A model generated the notes under the pieces. The model saw nothing but the letters and a program-made list of their open reading frames with translations. It ran no database searches and was not told the origin of the DNA. From IMG/VR virus record IMGVR_UViG_3300035208_006730: a DNA stretch of 64,000 nt, one strand, 5' to 3'. The translations under genes were made by a program, and so were the position numbers. Within the stretch, counting starts at the first letter, position 1, and each line of letters starts with the position of its first letter. Source of the stretch: a virus (lineage: Duplodnaviria > Caudoviricetes). Positions 7,958 to 19,000 of this stretch are shown here, piece after piece.

Positions 7958-10500
7958 ATCTGAATTACTCCATGATCTTTCTTTACATCTGTATCTTGAA
8001 GAACTTTATCAAAAAGTTCAACCCATTTTTCGCCAGCTAATTGCCAAGTATTCTTTTGACACCAAGTCACGGCGTTTTTAACTACATTCTGGAGAATACT
8101 TGAAGAGCCTTTCCAAAGACTATGGATTAAAAATATTCCTTTTAAAATATCTTCCATACGTCCTATTGGACGATAGCCAATATTATCAATAAAGATAAGA
8201 TCTTTGCAAGGATAAAGAAATCCTCTTTCTCCATTGGTTCCTGTAAAATCTTTCATATTTGTATTATCTGGAACTAGAACCGGAAGTCCACAAGCTAAAG
8301 CCTCATGAACAGAGTTATGTACTAATACTCCATTAGCAATAAAAGAATGAACATCTTCTACACAAATATCATAAACTTCTGTAGATTTTGATTCTACTTT
8401 TATTTGTTTAACTTTAACGTAAAAATAATTTTTATCTTCTAAGAAATAAACTGCAGATTTTCTATTAATTATTTTCCAATTAAAAGATTGATTAATAAAA
8501 GTGGCCCACCGCTCTAGATGTGAACCAACAATTTTGCAAATAAAAAATGAATGTTTTCCTATATTTTTTGGAGGATATTCTTTTGTGGATATCAAAATAT
8601 TATTTGCCGCACAAATGTATTTTGTCTGATACGCTAAGGATGGAGATATAGTTGAAAGTGAATGATGTCTTCTTTGATAATTTAAGTGTCCATCTCCTTG
8701 AAATAATGAACGCATTAAAGGTCCTAATTTTTGGGGACTTTTTAAAAGAAAACTAGGTATTCTTTTATTATAGGAATGAATTCCACAAATAGTTCCCATT
8801 ACTTTTGCTAATATTTGGCCCGATACACGAATTCTACATTTATTTGGACCATTTTGTTCCACAATACCTTGTGTCTCAAAAATACAAGATAGATATTCGT
8901 TGAGTTTATGGGCGAAAGATAATTCATCTATATTTAAATCTATTTCGATTCTTTGTTTATTACTGTTGTTTCCTTCACTTAGATACCAACCTAAAAAATA
9001 TAAAAATTCATCAGTAATAGGAATATATCTTCTTATTTTTAACTGCTGAGTATTTACCAATGTATTAGTTTTACAAAGATCTTGAGAAATACTATAGGCT
9101 AAAGAACTAGGTAATCCTCTACTAGCAGAAGAAACATTAAGAAAAGCTCGTCTTGCATCTTCTGCAACTCGCTTGCTAACTTTATATTTTTTCTGTATGT
9201 CGGAAATTGACATTCCATTTTTTCTTGGTGAATATCCCATTTTATACCAAATATATTCGCCATCTGTTTCTATTTCTTCATTTTCAAGATAATCTAAAAG
9301 ATCTAAATTCATAGGTAATTTATCATTTTCTGTAGACTTAGGTATAGCTAAAAAATCTCCAGTTTGAATGTCTTTAGCTTTAGTCCATAAGGGATTATCG
9401 ATATCTTTAGTTTTAACGTAAAAAGGATGTTCTGCTGTAACCTGAATATCCGATGAATACATTGTTTTTATTGTTAAAATCTCTTCAACTATACGACTCG
9501 TTTTATTTAAGACCTTATGAAATTTACCGTCTCCACCAACAACTTGATCGCCAATTAAAATATCTTTAATCGAAATAACACCTCTATATGTGTCTAATTT
9601 TGTTAATGAATCAAGGCATAGACCCCAACCCTCACCCAGATGATTGGATATAAACATGTCTGCAGCACCATAAAGCTGATTCAGGATAATATCAGGAATT
9701 CCTTTATTCGCCGAGTATCCTCCCGGAAAAAGAACTTGCTGTTCCGTTAGTCCTAAATCTTTGCATGCCGAAAGAAGATCGATTCCATTATCTTGAGGCT
9801 GACAGTGGAGATAGAGCATTGAATTAGGATTCTTTTGACGGAAGAGAGAGTAAGCAAGAAGTGTTTGAGATAATTGTTTCCGATTAGAATTTCTGTTTAC
9901 ATTTATGATGAGAAACGTATCGTCTGCAATATGAAATTTTTCTCTTCGAATTCCGTACTTCATTTCCTTTTTGATTGGATAAAACTTTGAAGTATCAACT
10001 CCATGTGGAATTTTTTCCAGCTTTATTTGCGGAAATATCTTCAATGTTTCCTTAATGCCAAAATCATTGTAAGCAACTGCGACATCGGCAAAAGAAATCA
10101 TCTCTGCAAGTTGAGGTAAGAGTTTACAGTCGACAGGATAGTAATAGATAACTTTAGGAAATTTCTTTTTAGCTACAAGGTAGTCTTCTTTTACTTTTTT
10201 GAGCATTGGCACAGAGTCTTGTACGACAAAAGTGTCATTCAGAATCCAAATGACATCATATTCTTTAGTACGAATAGCTCTTTCAAACATTGCTCTTCCG
10301 TAAGGATCAGAGGGATCTAGCAGTCGCGCAGGAGAAATAGTGTATGGAAGATTATGAAATTGACCAAGATAATTGATTCCAAGAACATCTATTTGATATC
10401 TACCTGTGTCTTGTAAAGCTTTGAGAACATGCTGACTCACGATACCAAATCCTGTAGAACAGGTTGGAGAATCACAATAGGCTAAAACTTTTACTTTCAT
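7954..10500 (-). CDS. Glycosyltransferase family 4 with intein (spliced product about 413 aa)
   Basis: DSPTCSTGFG, IPHGVDT..FYP, NRNSNRK, GEGWGL / SVHEALACGLPV. Confidence 0.92.
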   Translation of the reverse strand: MKVKVLAYCDSPTCSTGFGIVSQHVLKALQDTGRYQIDVLGINYLGQFHNLPYTISPARLLDPSDPYGRAMFERAIRTKEYDVIWILNDTFVVQDSVPMLKKVKEDYLVAKKKFPKVIYYYPVDCKLLPQLAEMISFADVAVAYNDFGIKETLKIFPQIKLEKIPHGVDTSKFYPIKKEMKYGIRREKFHIADDTFLIINVNRNSNRKQLSQTLLAYSLFRQKNPNSMLYLHCQPQDNGIDLLSACKDLGLTEQQVLFPGGYSANKGIPDIILNQLYGAADMFISNHLGEGWGLCLDSLTKLDTYRGVISIKDILIGDQVVGGDGKFHKVLNKTSRIVEEILTIKTMYSSDIQVTAEHPFYVKTKDIDNPLWTKAKDIQTGDFLAIPKSTENDKLPMNLDLLDYLENEEIETDGEYIWYKMGYSPRKNGMSISDIQKKYKVSKRVAEDARRAFLNVSSASRGLPSSLAYSISQDLCKTNTLVNTQQLKIRRYIPITDEFLYFLGWYLSEGNNSNKQRIEIDLNIDELSFAHKLNEYLSCIFETQGIVEQNGPNKCRIRVSGQILAKVMGTICGIHSYNKRIPSFLLKSPQKLGPLMRSLFQGDGHLNYQRRHHSLSTISPSLAYQTKYICAANNILISTKEYPPKNIGKHSFFICKIVGSHLERWATFINQSFNWKIINRKSAVYFLEDKNYFYVKVKQIKVESKSTEVYDICVEDVHSFIANGVLVHNSVHEALACGLPVLVPDNTNMKDFTGTNGERGFLYPCKDLIFIDNIGYRPIGRMEDILKGIFLIHSLWKGSSSILQNVVKNAVTWCQKNTWQLAGEKWVELFDKVLQDTDVKKDHGVIQI
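8314..9618 (-). mobile_element. Intein (435 aa) with LAGLIDADG endonuclease in GT4
   Basis: CLDSLTK start; VTAEHPF; FLGWYLSEG and LFQGDG; VYDICVEDVHSFIANGVLVHN, +1 Ser. Confidence 0.95.
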
Positions 10501-11585
10501 ATTCTTTCGGCTCCTACCATAATTTTTGGTTCTATCTTTTCTTCTATAATCTTGTAAGCAAGAGTTAGAATGTCTGCGGCTTTAATTGACTTCCAGCAAA
10601 TCTGATGTCTACATTTTCCAATTTCTGAATACCAACATGGGCAAAGCTGACAAGCTCGTTTTCCGGGCCAATAAGCTGTAGCTGTAGGATATTGATCAGT
10701 TCTTGCTCGAGCATCAGTATGACCGAAAATGGCAAGAACCTTTTTATCTAAAGCCGCTGCAAGATGTAACATAGCTGAATCAGGACAAATAATTAAACTA
10801 GAATAATAAATAAGAGAAGCGATTTTCCTAACACCTGCATTCTTAATTTCTTCGTCTGCACATCCATCCCAATAGACATCTTTGGTATAATCTGAATCAT
10901 GAGTGAAAAGAAGAATCTTTACGTTTCTTAATGTGCTCCTTAATGTCCGAGCAACATCTTTCATAATGTCAGGTTCTATACTTCTCTGAATATTACTAGC
11001 AAATGGAGCAATACAAATAAGTTTTTTATCTCCTAGACGTAACTTTGTGGCAAGCCAAGTTTTAGCTTCAACGAGTTCTTGTTCGGTAGGAACAAATATT
11101 GGTTTTCTATCAGAAAGAGTTACTCCGATATGACGCGCAAAAAGATCCATTCTAGAAATTGGGTTGGGTGGTACGCCATTTTTTACTTGTTCGTGAGCTA
11201 CACAGGGGCAATGAAGATCAAGAATTGCATCGAATTCTTCTGGAACAATATTCGTCCATGGAATGATATTTTGGACAAATGGATTGTTCTGAAGAGTTTC
11301 AATCAGAGCGCCTTTTAAATAATTTGTATTAGTTGCATAAGTGATTTTGCATCCAGGAAATTGCTGATGAAGAAATTTTGCTATTGGCGTACTCATTAGG
11401 ATGTCGCCAATACCTTCTCCTCTTCTAATGCAGATATCAGGGGCATGAATCCCGTTAACAAGATTATGAATTCTACAAAGCCTTTGTCCATGTTTAGTTG
11501 TTGGAGTAACTCTACATGTTGGATTAAGGGTTTGATTAACTGGCCGTTTCCATTCGATTGTTCCATCAGAGGATACTTTGTTCAT
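10497..11585 (-). CDS. Glycosyltransferase family 9 (heptosyltransferase-like)
   Basis: GIGDILMSTP, IAPFAS..RS, DSAMLHLAAAL.K..LAIFG.T, CxxCPCW. Start moved to ATG 11585 (MNKVSS), which has a GAAGGA RBS; the ORF track gives 11633. Confidence 0.88.
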   Translation of the reverse strand: MNKVSSDGTIEWKRPVNQTLNPTCRVTPTTKHGQRLCRIHNLVNGIHAPDICIRRGEGIGDILMSTPIAKFLHQQFPGCKITYATNTNYLKGALIETLQNNPFVQNIIPWTNIVPEEFDAILDLHCPCVAHEQVKNGVPPNPISRMDLFARHIGVTLSDRKPIFVPTEQELVEAKTWLATKLRLGDKKLICIAPFASNIQRSIEPDIMKDVARTLRSTLRNVKILLFTHDSDYTKDVYWDGCADEEIKNAGVRKIASLIYYSSLIICPDSAMLHLAAALDKKVLAIFGHTDARARTDQYPTATAYWPGKRACQLCPCWYSEIGKCRHQICWKSIKAADILTLAYKIIEEKIEPKIMVGAERI

Positions 11586-11604
11586 GTGTCTTCCTTCTTT
11601 AGAA

Positions 11605-11633
11605 AGAATAACACATGATTTTCGGGAAAGCAA
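11605..11633 (-). promoter_or_regulatory. Putative sigma70-like extended -10 promoter TTGCTT-N17-(TGn)TATTCT upstream of the glycan cluster
   Basis: 17-nt spacing counted; the GTGTTATTCT decamer also occurs in the gap at 29854-29863. Confidence 0.5.
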
Positions 11634-11640
11634 AAGATAT

Positions 11641-13701
11641 TTAATGAGCTAATGCGGGATGTTTGAAGGATCGAACCTTCTTTTGAAGATCTTCGTAGGT
11701 GATTCCGAGTGATTGACAGATCAAAGAAACAACTCCATAAAGTTCTCCAATAGCTCCAAGGGATAATCCATCAAGAGATTTTCGAGAAACAAATCCGTTC
11801 TTCATTACTCCAATACGTTCAAGATCTTCTTTATGGTATTGAAGAACTTGATCCCATTTTCCTGCCATTATATAGGCTGCATCTTGACAAGCAAGGGCAT
11901 CTTGTTCTTCATCGAATCCACCACCAAGTGCACTACCATCATAAAAAACATCACCATCACCTTGAATTACAAATCTTGATTGACCATTATTTGCTATCAT
12001 AAAAATATTTCCTGAATCTGGCCATGCAGTTCCACCGCCACCACGGTCTGTGTAGATTGCGTTAAAAATAGTGGGACAATAAGCTGTTCCAGAAACAGTA
12101 GTTGTATTTGTATCTCCGTACGAATTGCATTGGAAGGTATTTTCATTACCATTATTGTTAAAAACTTTCATTACAAAGTGAGAGGCAGAAGCCTCACAAT
12201 TTATTACTGTGTCAGTTGGAGCTACTAAAGAGAAAGAATGACCGCATCCTGCATGCCTAATCTCAGCAAATAAATCTCCATCTCCTAGAATAACATCGGG
12301 AATAGATAAGCAAAAACCAGCATCAATGAATGGAACAACAGTCGTTCCTAAAACATTCACTTTTCCTAGAACTAATTGTTGAGTTAATACATCCTCTAAT
12401 TGAGTGCTAAATGTAAGAGTTGAATTAACTGGAGATGTTACATCTGTTGCGTTACATTTTATTTCTCCATATTTAATTGTACTAGCTGCATCATCTTGTC
12501 CATAGAAACAGATTCTACCTTTTTCTCCTATTATTCCAGATACAGTTGTACTTTCTGAATACAAACTTAAATAACCTTGATTTAAATCTGCAATCAAATC
12601 TCCATCTCCCCAAAAATACATTCCATGATCAGTATTATCTTCTAACCCTGTATCGGTGAGAGAAAATTTTAAAGCTAGACTTGAATTTGAATCCAACACA
12701 ATAGTTTCCGCTATAAAACTTACTCCACTAACCGTTGTAGAAGATGAAAGTGATCCACATGAAATTGCGTTAGTCACATCAAGAGAATTATTGACTAGCA
12801 GACTTTCAGAGATTGACATATCTCCTGTAAAGTTAGAGTCTCCATCAACAGTGAGACGATTAGCAGGCGTGTCTGTTCCAATTCCTATGTATCCATTGCT
12901 ACTTTGAATAAATAGTGCATCATTCAAAGTGTCTGATCTAAATCTAATATCCATATCAACTTGATCTGGGTTAATATCTATAGATAAATCAGAATAAGTT
13001 ACAAAGGAATAGTTAGAGTTTGGAAGACCACCATTGTACCAAATACCAACAACTTTACTTGGTTGACAATTAATATAGTAATTTCCCGATGATGTTGTCA
13101 TTGCAAGTTCAAGAACCGTTAATCTATCAGTTATCGAACTATCGAGAACTCCTTGGCCGTCATCATTTAAAGCTGCTCCTGTACCATAGATATCATAAGC
13201 TAGTTGCCAAAGATTAAAGTCGTTTAGATTTATCCTGTAGTCCATTGAGGTATTGTTACTTGTCCCGCCAAAAATTCGATAACCAATTAATTCTTTTTCT
13301 GTTTCCGATAGAATAGCTGATGAAGCTGAAATTAATGTCGTTAGATTCGATTCAACAGTATCTGCGTAGGAATAGAGATCTACTAATTGATCTTTAATCG
13401 TATTGGGTCTAACTTGAGTCGAATTGAAATAGTCTCCTTCTGTTGCGTCTGGGTCTACATAGATAGTTTCTCCAGAAATACCATTGGTAAATGCATCGAC
13501 TTTATCCTCTCCATCTGTAGTTGTGATTCCAGACGGTAAAGAACTTAAAACAAGAACAAGAGAATCATTCCAACTCGCTTGGATCTGAGTCAGATCTGCT
13601 GAAAGTTCAGCTATTGTATCGTTCAATAGAGCAGAAGATGCAGGTCCATTCTTTCTGGAATTTCGTTTGAATAGATTTATAATCAAACTTGTTAATTTCA
13701 T
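11641..13701 (-). CDS. Tail fibre/spike-like protein with possible C-terminal chaperone-like domain
   Basis: GYIGIGTDTPANRLTVDG fibre motif; beta-rich body; helical C-terminal region (FDEEQD...GAIGELY). Confidence 0.65.
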   Translation of the reverse strand: MKLTSLIINLFKRNSRKNGPASSALLNDTIAELSADLTQIQASWNDSLVLVLSSLPSGITTTDGEDKVDAFTNGISGETIYVDPDATEGDYFNSTQVRPNTIKDQLVDLYSYADTVESNLTTLISASSAILSETEKELIGYRIFGGTSNNTSMDYRINLNDFNLWQLAYDIYGTGAALNDDGQGVLDSSITDRLTVLELAMTTSSGNYYINCQPSKVVGIWYNGGLPNSNYSFVTYSDLSIDINPDQVDMDIRFRSDTLNDALFIQSSNGYIGIGTDTPANRLTVDGDSNFTGDMSISESLLVNNSLDVTNAISCGSLSSSTTVSGVSFIAETIVLDSNSSLALKFSLTDTGLEDNTDHGMYFWGDGDLIADLNQGYLSLYSESTTVSGIIGEKGRICFYGQDDAASTIKYGEIKCNATDVTSPVNSTLTFSTQLEDVLTQQLVLGKVNVLGTTVVPFIDAGFCLSIPDVILGDGDLFAEIRHAGCGHSFSLVAPTDTVINCEASASHFVMKVFNNNGNENTFQCNSYGDTNTTTVSGTAYCPTIFNAIYTDRGGGGTAWPDSGNIFMIANNGQSRFVIQGDGDVFYDGSALGGGFDEEQDALACQDAAYIMAGKWDQVLQYHKEDLERIGVMKNGFVSRKSLDGLSLGAIGELYGVVSLICQSLGITYEDLQKKVRSFKHPALAH

Positions 13702-13710
13702 TGAATGCTC

Positions 13711-16002
13711 CTAAGCTATTCGAATTTTATAGCCACTCAAAAGTGGTGTAGAATCTTCGTCTTCAGTTTCAAATTCCGCTTTCAGCCTCAAGTATTTAAA
13801 CTTTTGATCTACGATTTTCAATTCAATTCTAAAAGTTTCATTTAAACTATCTGATTTATTTTCGTCTATCTTAACAAGAAAAATCATATTGGAATAAAGA
13901 TTAGTTGTGCCAGAAAATGGATCATTGTAGCTTCCAGGATAATCTCTATCTATGGCGAATCTGCCATAATTATCACTAGGAAGGCTATTGAGAAAATCTA
14001 GAATAGGAATTTCATCCATCCTTGTTTCTGCAAAAAGATCAACTCCAGTATAGATCTGTTCAGTAGAATCGAATCCTTCAGGATAAGAGTAACCTTCAAT
14101 TAAAAGTTTATGATTAAAAGGGTAAAGAGTATCTGCGGTAATGAGTTCTTGAAGAGTCTCAATATTTGCCGAAACCTCGAGCCAATTGTCCTTATGAATT
14201 TTAATTAAATGTTCTCCCGTCGCTCCTGTCTCATCGTTCTTTCCAGAAATAATTACTGAGTTACCTCTTTTAGGTTTATCATCGATCCAAAGAAATTGGT
14301 CTCCAATTGAGACAGTCTTACCTTCTGGATTATTGATTCGAATCCAACAAAAATAGAAAGGATCTTCGAATTTCCATCCTCGTTGAATTCCTCTCACTTT
14401 TGAGGTATTTAAAGAACTGTCTAATCCTTGAGCTCCAATGTTTCTCCAAACCTTGAGACTTTCTTTATCGATTAGAAAAAAGGATGGACCTTCTGTTGGA
14501 TCAGAAAGTAGATCAGCAGACTTTGGAATTTTAAACTGATAGGAAAGAATTCTATCATTAGAGTTCACGGGAACATAACGAACTTCATCAGAAGATGAAA
14601 CTGATGAATTAGTCAGATCTCCATTAATGTCGAGATGAATCAGATTGAAGTCAGCTGCTGGACTTTTTTGATCTGCGCCAACTCCCCCACCTACAGGAGA
14701 TGCTATGTAAGAAATCTTTACATCTTCAGTATCTCCATAAACCACAGAACTTAAATCTCCGATATCAAGAACAGAATTGCTTTCTTTATCTTTTCTAGAT
14801 GAAGGATCAATTGCAAACCAATCAGTACTAATTGTAACTGGAACTTCAGAATCATTAGAAATTGTTACAAAATAATGAATGTTCGTTTTATCTTGAATAG
14901 ATTCACACGAATCGAGAGAAAGTCTCGAAAACTGAATTTCTTCTCCCAAAGTATCAACAACTGAAAGAGGTTTTGAAATCAATCGAGGTTTTGGGTCCAT
15001 CTCAGTAGTCGTATCAAAAGCTTCTTCAAAAAATTGAATTCTCTTGGCGCCAAACTCAAAAATAAAACGATCACGGTCTTCATAGTCTGATGTTGCTTTA
15101 GAGAGAAGAAATTTTACGTGGGTCATTGAAGTTTTTGGAAAATAAAAGACACCAACATCAATCACAGTTTGAGTAGGATTAGTTCCGGGTAATTGTGAAA
15201 AGTTATATCCATCATTTGAATACATCGGAGTAATCTGAAGAGATGAACCTTGATTAACCGCCTGAACAATAAAATCTATTCGAGATACACCGATTGGTGT
15301 ATCCGAGATCTTTATTTGCAACTCAGCAGTTATTGATTCGTCTTTTTCAGTTGATAGTCTAACCTGCCAATTTTCGTCTTTATCTGTTACAGCATTCTTC
15401 AGAGATGAAAGGGGTGTTTGCTGAACAATTCCGTTGGACTTCGACGCGATACGAAATGAAATATCTTCATCTTTTATATTTAAACTTAAAGGATGGTGAA
15501 CCCTTGATGAAGGGGCAAGTGTTGCGATGTGAGTTGTTGGGTTAACGTCAATCGTTGTTAGATCTTGATCTATAAGGGAAAGGTCTACAAAAGTATCTGC
15601 AACATAATTAACGTATCCATCTACATCGTTAGTTACGATAATAAGATTAGATACTCTTTCTTCAAGTTTCATTGCACTTGATTCAATTGCTTCAATTTCA
15701 GTTTGCCATTGTTCATGCATATCAATAGAAGTTTCAGTAAGAGATTTCATCTCTGTCAGTAAGGCCTGTAAATCCTGATAGATAGCGTCGATAGTATTTT
15801 TAAACTTACTCTTACTTGATTCTTCGCCGTAAATAACTTTCCATTCACTTGCCAGAAACTGAGGAACAGTAAAATCATTTACATTATTGTATTGGTACAA
15901 AAGAGTTTCGATATCAGAAAAACTAGGAATAATTCCTTGACGTAGTTGGTCCTTAAGATATTCTTCTAATTTGATTTTTCGATATGTAGAGTCGATTGCC
16001 AT
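13711..16002 (-). CDS. Virion structural protein (baseplate periphery; related to the two upstream genes)
   Basis: N-terminal helical segment followed by beta-sandwich-like region; C-terminal YLRLKAEF...TPLLSGYKI; tail-module context. Confidence 0.55.
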   Translation of the reverse strand: MAIDSTYRKIKLEEYLKDQLRQGIIPSFSDIETLLYQYNNVNDFTVPQFLASEWKVIYGEESSKSKFKNTIDAIYQDLQALLTEMKSLTETSIDMHEQWQTEIEAIESSAMKLEERVSNLIIVTNDVDGYVNYVADTFVDLSLIDQDLTTIDVNPTTHIATLAPSSRVHHPLSLNIKDEDISFRIASKSNGIVQQTPLSSLKNAVTDKDENWQVRLSTEKDESITAELQIKISDTPIGVSRIDFIVQAVNQGSSLQITPMYSNDGYNFSQLPGTNPTQTVIDVGVFYFPKTSMTHVKFLLSKATSDYEDRDRFIFEFGAKRIQFFEEAFDTTTEMDPKPRLISKPLSVVDTLGEEIQFSRLSLDSCESIQDKTNIHYFVTISNDSEVPVTISTDWFAIDPSSRKDKESNSVLDIGDLSSVVYGDTEDVKISYIASPVGGGVGADQKSPAADFNLIHLDINGDLTNSSVSSSDEVRYVPVNSNDRILSYQFKIPKSADLLSDPTEGPSFFLIDKESLKVWRNIGAQGLDSSLNTSKVRGIQRGWKFEDPFYFCWIRINNPEGKTVSIGDQFLWIDDKPKRGNSVIISGKNDETGATGEHLIKIHKDNWLEVSANIETLQELITADTLYPFNHKLLIEGYSYPEGFDSTEQIYTGVDLFAETRMDEIPILDFLNSLPSDNYGRFAIDRDYPGSYNDPFSGTTNLYSNMIFLVKIDENKSDSLNETFRIELKIVDQKFKYLRLKAEFETEDEDSTPLLSGYKIRIA

Positions 16003-19000
16003 TATAGCTCCTGAGGAATGATCTTCAATGAATAGTCCTTGATAATAGGAGTAAAATAATCTTTCAGTAAAGAAACATCCTCTCTTGTCTCCTGAACATA
16101 ATCATAACTGATTTGATAGCGCGCAGGAAGCAGAGAAGCTAGTTGATCTGGTGTTGCGGTTTCAGAATAGTTTGTAATGACAATGGTTTTTTCATTATAG
16201 TTCACCGTATAGTCGCTCGACTTAACGCTTCTCGCAATGGGATAATCGATCCGAAAATCTGAGTATCGGTATCGACATTCAATTGAAGAAACATCCATAC
16301 TACTAAAAGAAGTCCCTGTATAAATTACTCCATTTTTATAGTCTACAGAATAAAGACCTGAAACAGTTGTTGAGGATGGTCGTTCGTAAAAATAGAAAAT
16401 AGAACCGGGTTCTGTTACTTCCTGATCAACTCGAACAGTTACTGTATTTCCAGATTTATCAATACTGTAATCTCCAACATCATCAAGAGATGCATCTTCG
16501 ATAATAAATATTCCTGAATTTGTAAAACTAACTGTTGCATCAGAATCTGAGGTAATATTTTCTGTTAAAGAAAAGGTTACGTTAGCTGGATAACTACTAT
16601 TCTGTAATGAAGAGATTTTTTCTTCCGTATAGATCAGATTTGATAATTCATCGAGGCCATTCAAGAATGGAACTTCCTCTTGGAAAGGAGAGATCGTTCC
16701 AGTTGTTTCAATGACTAAACTTTTCTTTACAATCGATTGATGTGGCAGTTCAAAATATTTTGTTGGACTACTGATATTCCCACTAGTTTCTAAAGAATGA
16801 TTATAAGGAACTGTAATCCAAGCAGAATCTTTTAGAACGACACTATCGTTTAATTCTCCAACAGTACCCCAATCCCAGTCTTCTTCTTTGAGTTTATCTA
16901 CCTGGGTATATGTATAACTAATAGTTTTTATTGTAGTATTTGGAGATGAAAAATAGATAATTCCATTTTCTTTATCAATTGAATATTTAGATCCTGAAAG
17001 TTCATCAATCCCATTTATAAATGATTGCTCAATATAAGGGGACATACTCGAGGTAATATCTGAGATATTTTTATTTGGAAGTTTAACTATAGTGGTTCCT
17101 TGAGTAATTGCCACTGCTCCGTTTTTTAGTTCACTATAGCGATAAATTGAGATCTGTTTCTTTTCGGCACCAGTAGGAAAAGATAATTGGACTGGAGAGT
17201 TAACTCCATTTATTGGAAAAAGTTTCTCTCTTTCAAAATAAAGAGAGACTACATCTGTATCTTTAGGGGCTTGACCATTAGTATCATTTCCGAAAAACAA
17301 TGTTGGTCCCTCTTCCATTCTCCAATCAATATTGTAGACAGTATCAGAACTTGAATAGTTCGTTAATGCTGATGTAGCTATTGTCCATTTTTTATTACCT
17401 ATAATTAGATTGATCCATTCAGAATCAGGAACTAAGACCGTTTTCCAAAGATTACCACTAGCTTCTTTCTTAGTTGGTCTTTTTTCCCAAATCTTATCCC
17501 AAGCAGGCAATGAGTACTGAGTTCTAGCTTGTCCAGTTCCAATTTTGTATGCAGCTCTTTGAATTCCGCAACTACCAAAACAAGGATCGACAAGTTTGAC
17601 ACTATCTCTAATTGGAGTCTTCTCTAACTTTATTGAATGAGGAGCAATGCGAGGCTGGTCTCTAAATTCTATTTGCTTAGCTGATACGGTATAAAAACCT
17701 TCACTAGTCGAAGTGAAGGCGGTGTCATCTCGTTCTAGAATTGCTTTCCAACGAAGAGACAAAACGGGAATATTTGAGTCAAAAGAATTATTTGAAGCAT
17801 TATTAAAATTGACAATTTCTGGTATTTCAGAAGTGAGACCAGCAAGACCCTTGTCAGTTTGAGGGCGAATAGGAAGCCACGTTATTCCATTGTCTGGAGA
17901 TACAAAATGAGAAATATTGGCAAGAGTAGAAAGTCCACTGGGAGATTGAGTTGCTTGTAAAGAAATTTTAGATACAGGCTGATTAAGACTAATAAGCTGA
18001 GATACAACTTCTCCAATAGGTTTAAAGACTAGAGATCTTATCTCAATATCTCTTATCCCTATTGCATATCTTCGCTTTACTCCTGTAGAGGTATCAATAA
18101 GATATGCTTCAGATTGTGAAAGTATGAAATGGACATATTTAGCTTTACGCGGAGTAAAAGTAAAAAATCCCTGTCCTGCATATTTTGAACTTGATGGAGC
18201 TAAAACAAAAACATTTTCTTCGTCTTCCGTGAGATATCCAGCAATTGGAATATCGTCCTTGACGCTAATAAAGCTTTTCCCATCAAGAGAGGTTTCTATT
18301 GTGTCGATCTTAATGCTAGTTCTTTGTCCAAAATTATTTGGATTAAGTCTAACGTAGTTGATTATCTGAGGATTTCCAAGATTAAGTGTTATATCCAAAA
18401 TCAAGGGCTCATTATTATCTTGAGACTGGAGAATAACTTTTTCGTACTCAAACCAAGTATCTGGGTTATAGTCCGTAATCGTTGAAATATCGTTGTGAAG
18501 ATCTGCATCAAGTTGATAGTTATTTCCAATAATTCCATTAGAATTTGGATTAATAGTTGGTTGATTGTAAATCTTAATACGACTATCTTTTGCTGTATCA
18601 ATAGACAAAGTAACAATACCTTCAGGAGTACTTACTCTACATTGATCTTCATTTAAAAGCTTTGAGTTCAATTCAATTCGATCAGTACTTGTAAAGCTAT
18701 CTCTGACTAAGGTGACTCCTCGAGTTGTTCCTGTATATAACTGATAGTCCTGAGTTAAAGAAAGAATTTTCTTCAGGCGCGCTTGAATTCTACTTGAGCC
18801 TGTAATCGTTGAGTTGAAGTTGGCAAGAACAAGACTCTCGACATTTTCTAATTCATTAAAAATTGTTTCAAGATTGTCTGCAAGATCTCTAAAAGTTGTA
18901 TTAAAATCATCTGCATTAGGTGAATGCCCAACGTGCGGAAGAGATTCTTTATCCAAAACAGGAGTATCAAGTTGTCGATAAAAAGATGAAAGAGTCTTAA

